In this document: in pieces, positions 25,075-40,070 of the stretch
Numbering within the stretch: the first letter of the stretch is position 1
Layout: each line of letters starts with the position of its first letter
From: Octopus vulgaris
Lineage: Eukaryota
DNA length: 64,000 bases
Direction: 5' to 3'
Assembly: GCA_951406725.2 (NCBI GenBank)
Contig: OX597815.1
Coordinates: forward strand, 28,644,001 to 28,708,000
Notes under the pieces: generated by a model
What the model saw: the letters and a program-made list of their open reading frames with translations, nothing else
What the model was told of the DNA's origin: nothing
Database searches by the model: none
Position numbers and translations under genes: made by a program

Positions 25075-25975
25075 TTGATCGAACATGATAACCAATGATG
25101 AACTGGGAATAAAATGTTTTGTATAGTGAACAAAGGTGAGTTTTTTTTTTATTTAAGAATCAAGAAAATTTCGCCATCAGTACCATTAGTAGAGGATTTA
25201 AGATATTTTGATATATAGCAGACTTTCTACCAACTCAAATTTAAGTATATATACTTTGCATCTAATCAACATTAGGTATGCAGATTTTATATGACCAGAC
25301 TCCAAAGAGACTGGATGTAGGTCTGCAGCAAGAAGACTTGTGTTATTTAATAAAATCGATAACAAGAATACAGTGAACTTACCGTGTAGAGTGAAAAATT
25401 TGACATTTCGGATAGAGTCCTTCTTCAGGGAAAAGGTGACGAGAGAGAGAGAAATTAATGACAGGCAGTACAGTTTTAAATTTTTCTAAGCTAATAAGTG
25501 ACTGTAACTCGTAAAGGCTTTACTACCCTGTCTCAAGGAAACCAATATTTGCAGAAAATTGGATGCTGAAGCGAATGGGAAAAGTGAATGGAATGAAAAA
25601 GCTAGAATAAGTAATCAAAACGCGATCACAACTTAGGTTTTCTATTTTTATAGCATTCACTCTATGCAAGACTTAGAATTTCTTCTTGCCAAGCTGTATA
25701 AAACAAGTCTAAAGTCAGATGAGACGAACAGCCGTTTGGCGTCCGAATTAAGTATATGATACGAGTACTAGTTGAATAATTTTCAGAGTCGAATCCAAAT
25801 CTAACCATTATATTTACCTAGATGACAAAATTAGTCATTAATTTGTACCCTAACCGATTAGTATTATGAAAACTGTTTGGTTTCACGAACAAAAATAAAG
25901 TATGCATTATTTTTTTTATTTCACACAGAAACAGTTATTGATATTAGATTTATTACTCGAACGTAAGACAACAAA

Positions 25976-26375
25976 TCTTTATATATAAAAGTGAAGTTGT
26001 GTGAGTGTCTGTCTCCTACGATTTAGATTCTTAACTACTCCCACATTTTGCGGTGCAGTTTAACCAAAACCGGGTATCTTATAGTCGTGATTCATATCGA
26101 GCCCTTCTGGGTATTAGCGCGCGTCTACGATGAGTCTACGATTTTAAAATAATTTACCAACATTTTTTCCCATTTTAATACATTTTTCGCTATTATATAA
26201 GGGAAGTAACTCTCTAAAAATGTCTACGATGAGTCAACGATTAAAAAAAAATTTACCATCATTTTTTTTCCATTTTTGATGCATTTTTTTTGCTATTTTT
26301 TGGCTATAACTCTCTAAAAATGCTTATATAGTTATTTCCCTTACAAACCCGAGCAACGCCGGGCAACACTGCTAG
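25976..26375 (+). mobile_element. Non-autonomous Helitron (interior type 2, internal tandem duplication)
   Basis: A|TC...cccgagcaacgccggg...CTAG|T. Confidence 0.85.
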
Positions 26376-26741
26376 TTTATTATGAAAAAGAATCAGATTG
26401 TGCTACAGTTATGCGTTTTCAAGACAGAGCATCTCAAGTAGGTTTATTTGGTTTCAAACAGGAATAAAATCTACTCAGATGTGTTCACAATTTGTGTTTA
26501 TAGAGTATTTAGTTATCTATGATAATAGTACGTTCCATTTACATAGTCTCAGCGTGAAGTCCATTATACAACGAATGATATACTGTTGCCGGCCGTCAGA
26601 CAAAAAGTGACAGAATGATTGATTGCGTAATTAGCACAGTGTAAGCACGCTGAAGCACCAGCATACACACGTGTGTGTGTGTGTGTATGCATATATATAT
26701 ATATATATACATACATACATACATACATGCATATATATGTA

Positions 26742-26793
<52 letters not shown>

Positions 26794-26848
26794 AGTATTT
26801 ATGTATGTATAAATGTGTGCAGACAACTCCAACACACGCGCAAGCACG

Positions 26849-26911
<63 letters not shown>

Positions 26912-27120
26912 ACATCAGCGCCAAAAATTCTCTCTTATGGTAAGCCGTGTAAAAGCACTATATTTCTCCGATGCTTCCCTGACCATATGCTTCCCTTATC
27001 ATATTCCCAGACGGCCGTTTCTAGCTTTTTTAGCTTTCCTTAATTGGAAATACCTAAGAGATGACCCTGGGCAGATCCAAAGCCGTGGATTTAACTAAAA
27101 AGAGTCAACATCAGTGACTG

Positions 27121-27820
27121 ATTTTTAGGTTGGTTTGTGACATATTTTAACTTCTCATGGCACACTGCAGTTACCGCGAAGAAAATATCCTCTCTTGTGG
27201 TAAAAGTTGTAAAAAAACACTGTAACTTCCCAGTGCTTCTCACCTATCGTTTCTGACAATTTAGCCTTCCTCAATGGGGAATACCGAAGAGAGAAAACCC
27301 TAGGCAGATATGGCGTTTTTACACCTTTTTACCATGAGAGAGAATTCCTTCTCCACAGTAACTGCAGTGTATTTACCTTCTGAAGTTAAAATGTCACAAT
27401 CATATCTTTATATATAAAAGAGAAGTTGTGTGTCTGACTCCTACGATTTAGATTCTTAACTACTCCCACATTTTGCGGTGCAGTTTAACCAAAACCTGGT
27501 ATCTTATAGTCGTGATTCATATCGAGCCCTTCTGGGTATTAGCGCGCGTCTACGATGAGTCTACGATTTAAAAAAAAATTTACCATAATTTTTTTCCATT
27601 TTAATGCATTTTTTTCGCTATTATATAAGGGAAGTAACTCTCTAAAAATGTCTACGATGAGTCAACGATTTAAAAAAAATTACCATCATTTGTTTTTCAT
27701 TTTTAATGCATTTTTTTGCTATTTTTTGGCTATAACTCTCTAAAAATGCTTATATAGTTATTTCCCTTACAAACCCGAGCAACGCCGGGCGATACTGCTA
27801 GTGTTAACTAACCTAAAATT
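27121..27820. mobile_element. Foldback/MITE-like element with ~100-bp degenerate inverted arms
   Basis: The left arm (attttaggttggtt..tgtgaca..ttttaacttc..cactgcagttac..ggtaaaagttgtaaaaa) is complementary to 27316-27404 plus 27802-27820. Confidence 0.55.
27405..27801 (+). mobile_element. Non-autonomous Helitron (interior type 2) nested in a foldback element
   Basis: Near-identical to 25976-26375, with A|TC and CTAG|T ends. Confidence 0.85.
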
Positions 27821-27892
27821 CGTGTCTGTCTGTCTGTCTGTCTGTATGTATGTATGTATGTATGTATGTATGTACGTATGTACACACACATA

Positions 27893-28080
27893 CATGAGGA
27901 TGTGCTAAAAAGTCCCTGGTTTTGGATAAAGGAAAATACAGGAGGATTAGTTTATTATGATTTTATTGAACATATCGCCCTCACAGGTTCACACAATTAT
28001 TGCAGCGGTACTTCAGTATTTCTAAGCCCTGCGAAAGAACTCGGAAAGTTGAGCCTTCAACCAGGTCTTTCGTGATACCC
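27893..28080. mobile_element. Mariner-type terminal fragment
   Basis: catgaggatgtgctaaaaagtccctgg resembles a mariner TIR and is followed by a typical reversed transposase 3' end. Confidence 0.4.
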
Positions 28081-28108
28081 TTAAATTTTCACAGTAAGCT
28101 AATTGAAC

Positions 28109-28141
28109 ATACACACATACATACATACATACACACATACA

Positions 28142-28175
<34 letters not shown>

Positions 28176-28303
28176 CATACATACATACATACATACATAC
28201 ATACATACATACACACACACATACATACATACATACATACATACATGCATGCATACATACATACACACATACACATACATACATGCACAAACACATACAT
28301 GCA

Positions 28304-28337
<34 letters not shown>

Positions 28338-28496
28338 CATACATACACACACACACACACGTACATACATGCATACATACATACATACATACAAACATAC
28401 ATACACACATACATACACACACACACACGTACATACATACATACATACATACATACATACATACATACATACATACATACATACATACATACATAC
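28109..28496. repeat. (CATA)n microsatellite
   Basis: Directly visible. Confidence 0.97.
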
Positions 28497-28559
28497 GTTC
28501 AATTAGCTCTTACCGTGAAAATTTCAGTCTGAAGAAAACAATGAAATCTTAAACAATAC

Positions 28560-29411
28560 ATGCCCTATTTATTTCTTTTTTCATCACAGGTGGGCATTCT
28601 GGAGTGGGAAAGGGCACGACAAAAATGTCTCGTTGACATCGTTCGGTTTCCCTTCGGGATAAAGAGACGGTACGGATCTCGGGCATAAACGTTTCTTCCT
28701 ATTCATTCCGAACTCCTTCATAAGCGAATATTACACTTCAAAACAGTGTGGATTAAAATTTTCCGAACAAACCACACTGTACTGTAAGGGTCCAGATCAC
28801 TCTGCTCTGGCAAGCTTCACAAACCGAATCCATGCTGCTCGCTGTCGCTCGTCCTTGAGAAAAACGTGCATAGAAACATTGTCCGATTGTCTATTACTAC
28901 ACTCTCGAGCTGGCAGAAACGTTAGCACGCCGGGCGAGATGTGTAGCCGTATTTCGTCTGTCGTTACGTTCCGAGTTCAAATTCCGCCGAGGTCGACTTT
29001 GCCTTTCATCCTTTCGGGGTCGATAAATTAAGTACCGGTTACGCACTGGGGTCGATGTAATCGACTTAATACGTTTGCCTGTCCTTGTTTGTCCCCTCTG
29101 TGTTTAGCCCCTTGTGGGTAGTAAAGAAATATATTACTACACTCTGGAACTCATAATAAACGGTAATACTCTAGAAGTCCTCACTCATTCAACATGGAAA
29201 ATTGTGCCAATGCTGTGACGTCATATCCGGTATTCTGGTTTTAGCCTCGTTTTCAATTTTGTAAAGGTGTATAAATGAGAAAAAGTCGCTGTTTGACTGA
29301 TTTCTCGTTTATCGACGAGTAAATTTTTGTAACTATGCATCCGATCGAATTTATTATATTTATAAATTCATACAAAATAACTTCCATTTGTATTGTGGGC
29401 TCACTGACACT
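28560..29411 (-). mobile_element. Kolobok-like DNA transposon relic with a THAP-domain pseudo-ORF, interrupted by a SINE
   Basis: With the SINE removed the minus strand reads VPECSNRQSDNVSMHVFLKDERQRAAWIRFVKLARAE*SGPLQYSVVCSENFNPHCF...RLCPRSVPSLYP (decayed THAP with AVPS-like box). Terminus TTAA|AG at 29410-29415 and a TGACGTCA motif at 29216. Confidence 0.7.
28906..29131 (+). mobile_element. Family-A SINE inserted in the THAP pseudo-ORF
   Basis: Perfect 14-bp TSD tattactacactct at 28892-28905 and 29132-29145. Confidence 0.92.
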
Positions 29412-29667
29412 TTAATATAATAGAATAAAGGTACAAACGAGCAAAGAACTGCTATCGGGTCAGATTATGATATTAATGTATTTCAATTTGACGTGACTTG
29501 ATAATAGAAATGAATGTTAAAGTAGTTTAGATCACAAGAGTTCTCTTGTGATATACACTTCTTTAGCATTCATTTCTACTACGAAGTTTTATTAATGTAG
29601 GATTATATTAATCTTCATAATCTGACTTGACACCGGTTGTTTGCCAGTCAATACCTTTATTCTATAT

Positions 29668-30043
29668 CTAGCAGTATCGCCCGGCGTTGCTCGGATTTGT
29701 TTCGACCCTTTAGAATTGGAATTTTTGAAAAGTAAAAATTTTGCATTATTATAGCTTGTTATTCTCTTTAAGTGAACATTTTTCTGGTTGAAATACAACG
29801 AAAAATGGCGACACAGCAGTCAAAAAATCGTTAAAAATAGGGATTTTCATAGAAAAAAAGCCCCTTTTTGATGTAAATAATTTTTGGTGTTCACATGGCC
29901 CGATTTGAATTTTATCTTCTACGGAAGGAAGAGCAAGCCTTCTTCTATCATACTCTTAATTTTGGTCAACTTGCACCGCAGGGTCTCGGAGGAGATAGTG
30001 TTAGTTGAAGGTTACCAAACCTGCTATACACAGACAAGTTCAG

Positions 30044-30060
<17 letters not shown>
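29668..30060 (-). mobile_element. Non-autonomous Helitron (interior type 1)
   Basis: Reverse complement of 21811-22194. The 5' tip runs into (TA)n. Confidence 0.8.
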
Positions 30061-30078
<18 letters not shown>

Positions 30079-30246
30079 AATTCGATTGAAACACTTAACA
30101 CTTGTCTATAGACAATCTTCATTAGACAGATATAACATCTCGGTATTTATAATTGCAGTTCAAGCTGGTGCTTAAGCAAGTTGTCAACTTGAGCACTTAT
30201 TGTATGTACTTCTTAGCCTACGTCATCAGACGTAATATGACCTGAA

Positions 30247-30304
<58 letters not shown>

Positions 30305-30389
30305 CCTGCGCGCATATATGTGTATGTATGTGTCAATTATTTATCTTTCTTAATATAAATACCTTGCTGAAAAGCAGATTTACCGCAGT

Positions 30390-31488
<1,099 letters not shown>

Positions 31489-31919
31489 ATGTACAATGGG
31501 TTTCTTCGGGTTTCCGTCTACTAGATCCACTCGCAAGGCTTTGGTCTACACTACGCTATAGTAGAAGGCACTTGCCCAAGTTGCCACACAGCGGGACTGA
31601 ACGTGGAACCATGAGGTTGGGAAGCAAACTTCTTACCACACATCCACGCCTGCGCCTGCGCCTATCCACACACCCATGCCTATATATGTTTGTTTTTAAT
31701 GTCAAAATAAAAACGATTTTAAATTAAATTGAAGTTATTACTCAATGAATTTGGTACAGTACAACTTTATTATTCTTTAAGAATAGTATTGATAATGACT
31801 TCGAAGTTTCGGCCAGTAGCGGTGGCAGTTGTAATAGAATTAACGAAGATGCTGATGATAATGGTACTGCAAGTAGTTGTGGCGACGGGCAGCTGGCGCC
31901 GGCGGCGGCGGCGACGACT

Positions 31920-32290
<371 letters not shown>

Positions 32291-32759
32291 TTAATGGTGG
32301 AAGTGATAGAGGTGATGGGGAGCCATGATGGTAGCTTGCAGATAGCCTCAAGTCTCTTATGGCAGCAACTCTCAAATTCCATTTATTTTCAGTAATAGCT
32401 GTCCCTTACATTAAAGTGCATCCGTATCCCGCCTGAAAGAAGACCATATTATCCCCTTTATTTATTATCTCCCGACCGTACGTACGAAAGTGCAGAACTT
32501 GTTTTCTAACGATCTTTAGATCACTCCACTGCACAGTGGTCTTTTAATTAAATTAATTTCATGAGCTACTTCTATGATTTATGTTTAATTTCCTTCGGAC
32601 ACCTAATGTATGGAATATGCCGGCTGCATGGGCACGAGTAGAACACATACATATGAACAAATGCATATGAATAGATATATATACGCGTGCGCAAACGCAT
32701 AACTATATATAATAGACATACATATATATGTGTATGTATATGTATGTTAACACGCACAT

Positions 32760-33398
<639 letters not shown>

Positions 33399-33619
33399 CG
33401 TGGAATATTCCCATCAAAACTTCTGTCAAATGTAAACATAAGAAGCCGGATATTGTTATTTGAGACAGAGGGGCAAATGTATGTACCATCATAGAGGTCA
33501 GCTGCCCTGCAGATATAAATATCTCTTTGAAAATCCAAGAAAAATAAAATATCTATGGACAACTGCTTCGAAACCTCCAGCTTCTATATCCGAGCTGCTG
33601 ATATAATCCCCTTTTATAA

Positions 33620-34033
33620 GGCGGCGAGCTGGCAGAAACGTTAACACGCCAGGCGAAATGCTTAGCGGTATTTTGTCTGCCGCATCGTTCTGAGTTCAAA
33701 TTCCGCCGAGGTCGACTTTGCCTTTCATCCTTTCGGGGTCGATTAGATAAGTACCAGTTACGCACTGGGGTCGATATAATCGACTCAATCCGTTTATCTG
33801 TCCTTGTTTGTCCTCTTTGTGTTTAGCCCCTTGTAGGTAGTAAAGAAATGGGTATTTCGTCTGCCGCTACGTTCTGAGTTCAAATTCAGCCGAGGTCGAC
33901 TTTGCCTTTCATCCTTTCGGGATCGATAGATAAAGTACCAGTTGCGCACTGGGGTCGATGTAATCGACTTTATCCCTTTGTCTGTCTTTGTTTGTCCCCT
34001 CTGTGTTTAGCCCCTTGTGGGTAATAAAGAAAT
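33620..34033 (+). mobile_element. Family-A SINE dimer
   Basis: Second unit starts at ggtatttcgtc. A single TSD atataatc(c/t)cctttta flanks the whole dimer. Confidence 0.9.
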
Positions 34034-34080
34034 ATATAATCTCCTTTTAACTTGGAAGTAGGTACATCCACAGCAATATT

Positions 34081-34502
34081 CTTTTATTCTTTTTATTCTT
34101 TTTTACTTGTTTCAGTCATTTGACTGCGGCCATGCTGGAGCACCGCCTTTAATCGAGCAACTCGACCCCGGGACTTATTCTTTTGTAAGCCCAGTACTTA
34201 TTCTATCGGTCGCTTTTGCCGAACCGCTAAGTAACGGGGACATAAACACACCAGCATCGGTTGTCAAGCAATGCTAGGGGACAAACACAGACACACAAAC
34301 ACACACACGCATATATATATATATATATATACATATATACGACGGGCTTCTTTCAGTTTCCGTCTACCAAATCCACTCACAAGGCTTTGGTCGGCCCGAG
34401 GCTATAGTAGAAGACACTTGCCCAAGGTGCTACGCAGTGGGACTGAACTCAGAACCATGTGGTTGGTAGACAAGCTACTTACCACACAGCCACTTCTGCG
34501 CC
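34081..34502 (-). mobile_element. Family-B SINE
   Basis: Full-length match. Confidence 0.9.
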
Positions 34503-35360
34503 TATATCATTATCCTTACTCAAGAAACATTCCTGTTATTTCTCATACTCCACGTGCACCCTACCCAATAACACACTTTACATGTCTTAAGCGCAACTAT
34601 TTTCGTGTAATCATATTTTTTACATTATTACAGTAAAATCATTTTTAATTTTCTTCTCTTGTTCGTTGTAAACCATACTAACCAGATTATCTTTGCGCCG
34701 AGTTCTTATTCTTCTTTATACCAGCCTCTTTCTTATTTATTCATATTTTTATTTCTTATATTTGAAAATATTATATTTCCACAAGCTCACTTTCTTTTAT
34801 CTCCCAGAAGCCTTCTTCCGTCTCACCATCTGTAGTTTATCTCTCTCTATAGTTAAGGCCTCTTTTTCCGTTTTATCTTTTGTACCTATTCTCCTTTTCC
34901 TTTTATTCCTTACTTTTCCACGTTCCTTTTTTTACTTTAATCTCCGATATCATTATCCTAATACTTCCTTACCTTATTTTATTCTTCAATTCTCTTCGTC
35001 TTCCGTTCTTCTTTGTCACCTCACCGTTTTATTCATTCATCTTCTCCATAAACATCTACACAGTCCAACAAAACCTCACCCGCACTTTCACTTTCATAAC
35101 AAGCAGCTTACCTGACTTGGCTTTCCCAATCGCACTTCTCATACCTTCTACTTCTTTCAACTTCCTGAATTCTTTCACATTCTTTCATCTTTAATAGCGA
35201 CTCTTAACCAGTCGTCAACCCCTCTCCCCCCCTTTTACCCGTCAACTGTCGACTTCTACGTAATAGAGTTTCATTATCTATAAATATTCTTCCCACAGCT
35301 TCTAACATCATCGTTAAACACCCATAACAACTAATCTCTCTTAATATCTATTTTGCTTAA

Positions 35361-35761
35361 GGCGGCGAGCTGGCAGAAACGTTAGTACGCCGGGCGAAAT
35401 GCTTAGCGGTATTTCGTCTGCCGTTACGCTCTGAGTTCACATTCCGCCGAGGTCGACTTTGCCTTTCATCCTTTCGGGGTTGATTAAATAAGTACCAGTT
35501 ACGCACTGGGGTCGATATAATCGATTTAATTCGTTTGTCTGTCCTTGTTTGTCCTCTCTGTGTTTAGCCCTTTGTGGGTAGTAAAGAAATAGGTATTTCG
35601 TCTGCCGCTGCGTTCTGAGTTCAAATTCCGCCGAGGTCGACTTTGCTTTTCATCCTTTCGGGGTCGATAAATTAAGTACCAGTTGCGTACTGAGGTCGAT
35701 CTAATAGACTGGCCCCCTCCCCCAAAATTTCGGATCTTGTGCCTAGAGTAGAAAAGAAAAG
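35361..35761 (+). mobile_element. Family-A SINE dimer with an alternative tail
   Basis: 17-bp TSD aatatctattttgctta at 35343-35359 and 35762-35778. Confidence 0.9.
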
Positions 35762-37102
35762 AATATCTATTTTGCTTATATCTTTATTTCATTTATTGTC
35801 ATATGCTAAATACCAGAAATTTTATACTTGAAATACTCTCTCTTATCTTACTTCCTTATCTTAATTCATTTTTCTTTCTTCCTTTTCTTTTTCTCCTCAC
35901 CAGCTCTTCTCCCCCATTCTCCTTAATTTCCGTCTCTATTTCATTCCTTCTTTTACAAACTACACTACTTCCAAGTCACAACCTCGCTACACCGCGCCCC
36001 ACACTTTCCTATGTGGTCTAACTTATAACACCCTTTTAAATTCCTTTCATGTTTTAACCTTTAACACCCATTCCTACCCTACCTTCTCTTTTCCTTACTG
36101 GTGCCATTCTACTCTTCATTTACCACTAAGGAGTTCTTTATTTTTATCTCCTAGTTTTTTTCCTATTTTTTATCTACATTTGTATTAAAAACTTATATTT
36201 TAATATTTCATTTACTTTATTTTTCTCTTACTTCCAATACAAATATCTTACAAATATCTTCTTTCCGAATAGCATTTCATCTTAAATTCATGTTGACTCC
36301 TATCGGGCACTTGATAAAAGGGAGATAATCATTTCTTTATAATATTTGGCAGGATTAGAAAATTGAAATAAGGAAAAGGGTGCATAGAATAGACGCTTTT
36401 TTCTTATCTCTTTCTTCTTTTTTTTAATGGTCGCACTATTTCATTCTTTTTAGAAATCGCCAACATTATATAACCTGAGATATACCATTTAAACATTTTA
36501 TAAGGAGTGATATTTCTTATCGATGGAAGGAGTTCAAGGAATGCTTTTCCTTTTTTTTTTTTTTCATTTTCTTCATAGAGCGATGGTAGTTTGGCAAGCG
36601 AGAGAAAAGTGTCTACACACAGGGTCACCGTTTCCAGAGAGTTCTACCTTGTGACAGTCTCTTAGAGTAGCAAATATTTTAGTTTAAACTGTTAACAAAA
36701 TTCACAAGCCGTTTACGATATATTCTTCGAGGTATAGATATTGGTTTCAAGCTGCTATTCCATAGTAGTAATCCTTCGTTATGTAATGGAAGAGGCATCT
36801 TTTTGTAAACATATCGCCTTGACGATCATCAATGGTTTAATAGAACCGTTTCGAATCAAAAGCTTTGCCGCTTATAAGACATTTATTACAAGAGAGATAA
36901 TCATTTTTTTCATTATATTTGATGGGATTAGAAATTTGAATTTGAAATTAAGAAATGAAAAAAAATGCGCATATTTCATTTCTCTTTTTCTTTTTGTTTT
37001 CATTTTTATTAATATCATAATTATTAGTATTACTATTATCTCTGCCACAATTGCTCTGTACTTCCCTCCATCCCATGCCTGTGTTTCATAATCACTCAAC
37101 AA

Positions 37103-37184
<82 letters not shown>

Positions 37185-37581
37185 AAGTAGTCAGAATTTG
37201 GATAAAAACTATTTATTTAGCGCATTCGTCCCTTTTAGAGATTCTTTATGAATGATTTTTACTTTGTTTTTGTATTTGGTTTGCAAGATTCTTTATGTGA
37301 ATTCGTGTGTTGAAGAATATTTTGTTGTGTCTGGTAAGAGTCAGCCTGTTCTAATGCCTTATTAATTAACACATTCAGCGGTTCGATTTCCACTCATTTA
37401 CTTATTTTTTTCTAAAATTTTCATTGCGTCTTGCAACCTCTCCAATAGTTGTTGGCTCTGTCCGTTATCAGAGCTGCGTTCTTTTTGCTTCTTTGTTTGT
37501 GTGCATGTGTGTGCGTGGGTGTGTGCGCATCAGCATGCATGTGCGTACACATATGTATGTGAGTGTATGCATATATATATA

Positions 37582-38095
37582 TCTATATATATAAAACTGT
37601 AGTTGTGTGAGTGTCTGTCCCCTTCGATTTAGATTCCTAACTACTCCCACATTTTGCGGTGCAGTTTAACCAAATTCGGGTATCTTATAGTCGTGATTCA
37701 TATCAAGCCCGTCTGAGTATTAGCGCGCGTCTACGATGAGTCTACGATTTTAAAAAATAATTTAACATCATTTTTTATTCCATTTTAATGCATAATTTTT
37801 CGTGTGTCGATGACGGCGGAGTTGGCGTCCATGGTCACATCTGCACCTGTTTGCTTCTCCCCCTTCTTCCCTCCCTCGTGAAGCTGTGGGGAAGGGAGTG
37901 TAAGGAAATCAACGTCGTAAAGCGTTGTCAAGGAGACCAGCGTTCTTTTAGAACAACGACTTCATGGCTTGAAGACACCAAAACAGAAATGGCTAAGAAA
38001 GCCCGAATTGGCATCTATAAGGGAAGTAACTCTCTAAAAATGCTTATATAGTTATTTCCCTTACAAACCCGAGCAACGCCGGGCGATACTGCTAG
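37582..38095 (+). mobile_element. Non-autonomous Helitron (type 2 ends plus an extra ~210-bp interior)
   Basis: A|TC start, hairpin and CTAG|T end. Unique GC-richer segment at 37802-38014. Confidence 0.85.
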
Positions 38096-38467
38096 TATAT
38101 ATATATATATACGTATGCTTGTGCGTACGTTTGTATGTATGTATTCTGCATATTCATGTGTTTGTCTGTGCATGTTTGTGTGTTTGTATGTGTGTGTGTT
38201 TGTGTGTGTGTGTGGGGGGGGTGAATGTGTGTGTACCTCTGTCTCCTTGTGTGTGCGTGTTTGAGTGTCTATGTGTATGGGTTTGTGTGACTATGTACGC
38301 GCGTCTGTTATGTATGGATGTGTGTCTCCATATGTCTTTGTGTGTGTATATGGTCATGTGTTTCTATCTCCTTTTGTGTGTGTATGTGTGTTCTTGTCTG
38401 TCCGTAATACCTATGTACCTATCTATCTACTTACCTATCTACTTACCTACATATCCATTTACCTACC

Positions 38468-38539
<72 letters not shown>

Positions 38540-38639
38540 CCTACAAAACGGCCGACTAACAAATCTACCTGTGTATGTATATACTGTGGGTATTGGGGTA
38601 TCACTACGTTCTACGTGTGATGGGTCTGAGTGATGGTTC

Positions 38640-39595
38640 CTTCGGGTGCTTGGATAAAATGTAGATGTCAAGTCGGCCAAGTGTGTCTCCATGTTAGTCT
38701 TTAGCATGTTGATAGAGTATGGAGGATTGTTTTTTGTCGTCATATTGTCTCTAATGTTTATTTAATCTCTCCGCAATGCTTCTAGATGTCGCACCAGTTT
38801 ATGTCATGTTCTGGTCTCTGCAAGCATCCTCTATGCACCTTATACTGTAGACTACAGTTCTAGTTCTACAGTTAATACCAGAGTTAATCTTACCATGCAG
38901 TTCTCATTGGTGCATGTGGTATTCTCGAAGAGGTACGTCTTTCATAACTGTGATCTGATGGAGTTCTCTGGCTTTTCAACGATCTTAATATTGAATTTGG
39001 TCTCCTTCGGAGCTTTTCTAAATCTACGTACTAGTTCATTGTGAGTTGTGGCCTCTACAAAGATCACTCCTTGATATTTGTCAGCCTTTTACCATGTGCT
39101 CACCTTGTTTGCTGTGTCACAAACTCTCTGTATCCTATTCCAGTCTTTACCTCTGTATCTAGAGCAGGTACCACTGCTTTCATTACATATAATGCTAACT
39201 TCTTCCTAGCTCCCCTGTATACCCGAATCCTATCTTTCTGGTCATATCCAGAGAATTGCATGCGGTGCATGAAGTTCTATACATATTTCTTTGTTTCATA
39301 TGGTTGGCATAGGGGGGACATGTTATTCATTATCCAAACTAAGTCTGCTATTAGTATGTTGATTTTCATGTTGTGTGTCAAAACTGAGTTCTTGTGAAGC
39401 TATGGGCTTCATGTAATAGGAGTGGAGGAGCTGCACTTTGTTGTTCACAGTCTCTAACTGTGTCTATTGTTAGGGTGCCTAGTGGGGTAATCTATAATTA
39501 CCTTGATATTTTGGTGGATGGAGTTAGCTATGTGCTGGATGTTCTCCATTATGCTCTTCTCGGTTTCTACACTACAGTTACTAGAGTTTGTCCTA
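38640..39595 (-). mobile_element. Degenerate Penelope-like retroelement (RT C-terminus plus GIY-YIG endonuclease)
   Basis: Minus-strand translation gives IANSIHQNIKVIIDYPTRH, FMHRMQFSGYDQKDRIRVYRGA and VVYSIRCIEDACRDQNMT*TGATSRSIAERLNKH (GIY-YIG pattern VVYxIxC..C..YxGxTxR..ER..H), with stops. Confidence 0.75.
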
Positions 39596-39801
39596 GCTAG
39601 AATATTGATATCGATTTTTTAATTTAACATTCATATCTTTTATATAAATGTGAATTGGTCGAAAATACTCTTCCAGTAACTCACATACATACATACATAC
39701 ATACATACATACATACATACATACATACATACATGCACACATACACACATACATACATACATACATACATACAAACATACATACATACATACATACATAC
39801 A

Positions 39802-39833
<32 letters not shown>

Positions 39834-39987
39834 CACATACATACACACACATATATAATCATATATATATATGTATGTGTGTGTGAGTGAGTGGATGTAT
39901 CAATGTATGTGTATGTATATACACATGCGCATATATGCGCGTGCGCACACATATACAGACACACACATGCATATATATATACATATG

Positions 39988-40070
<83 letters not shown>

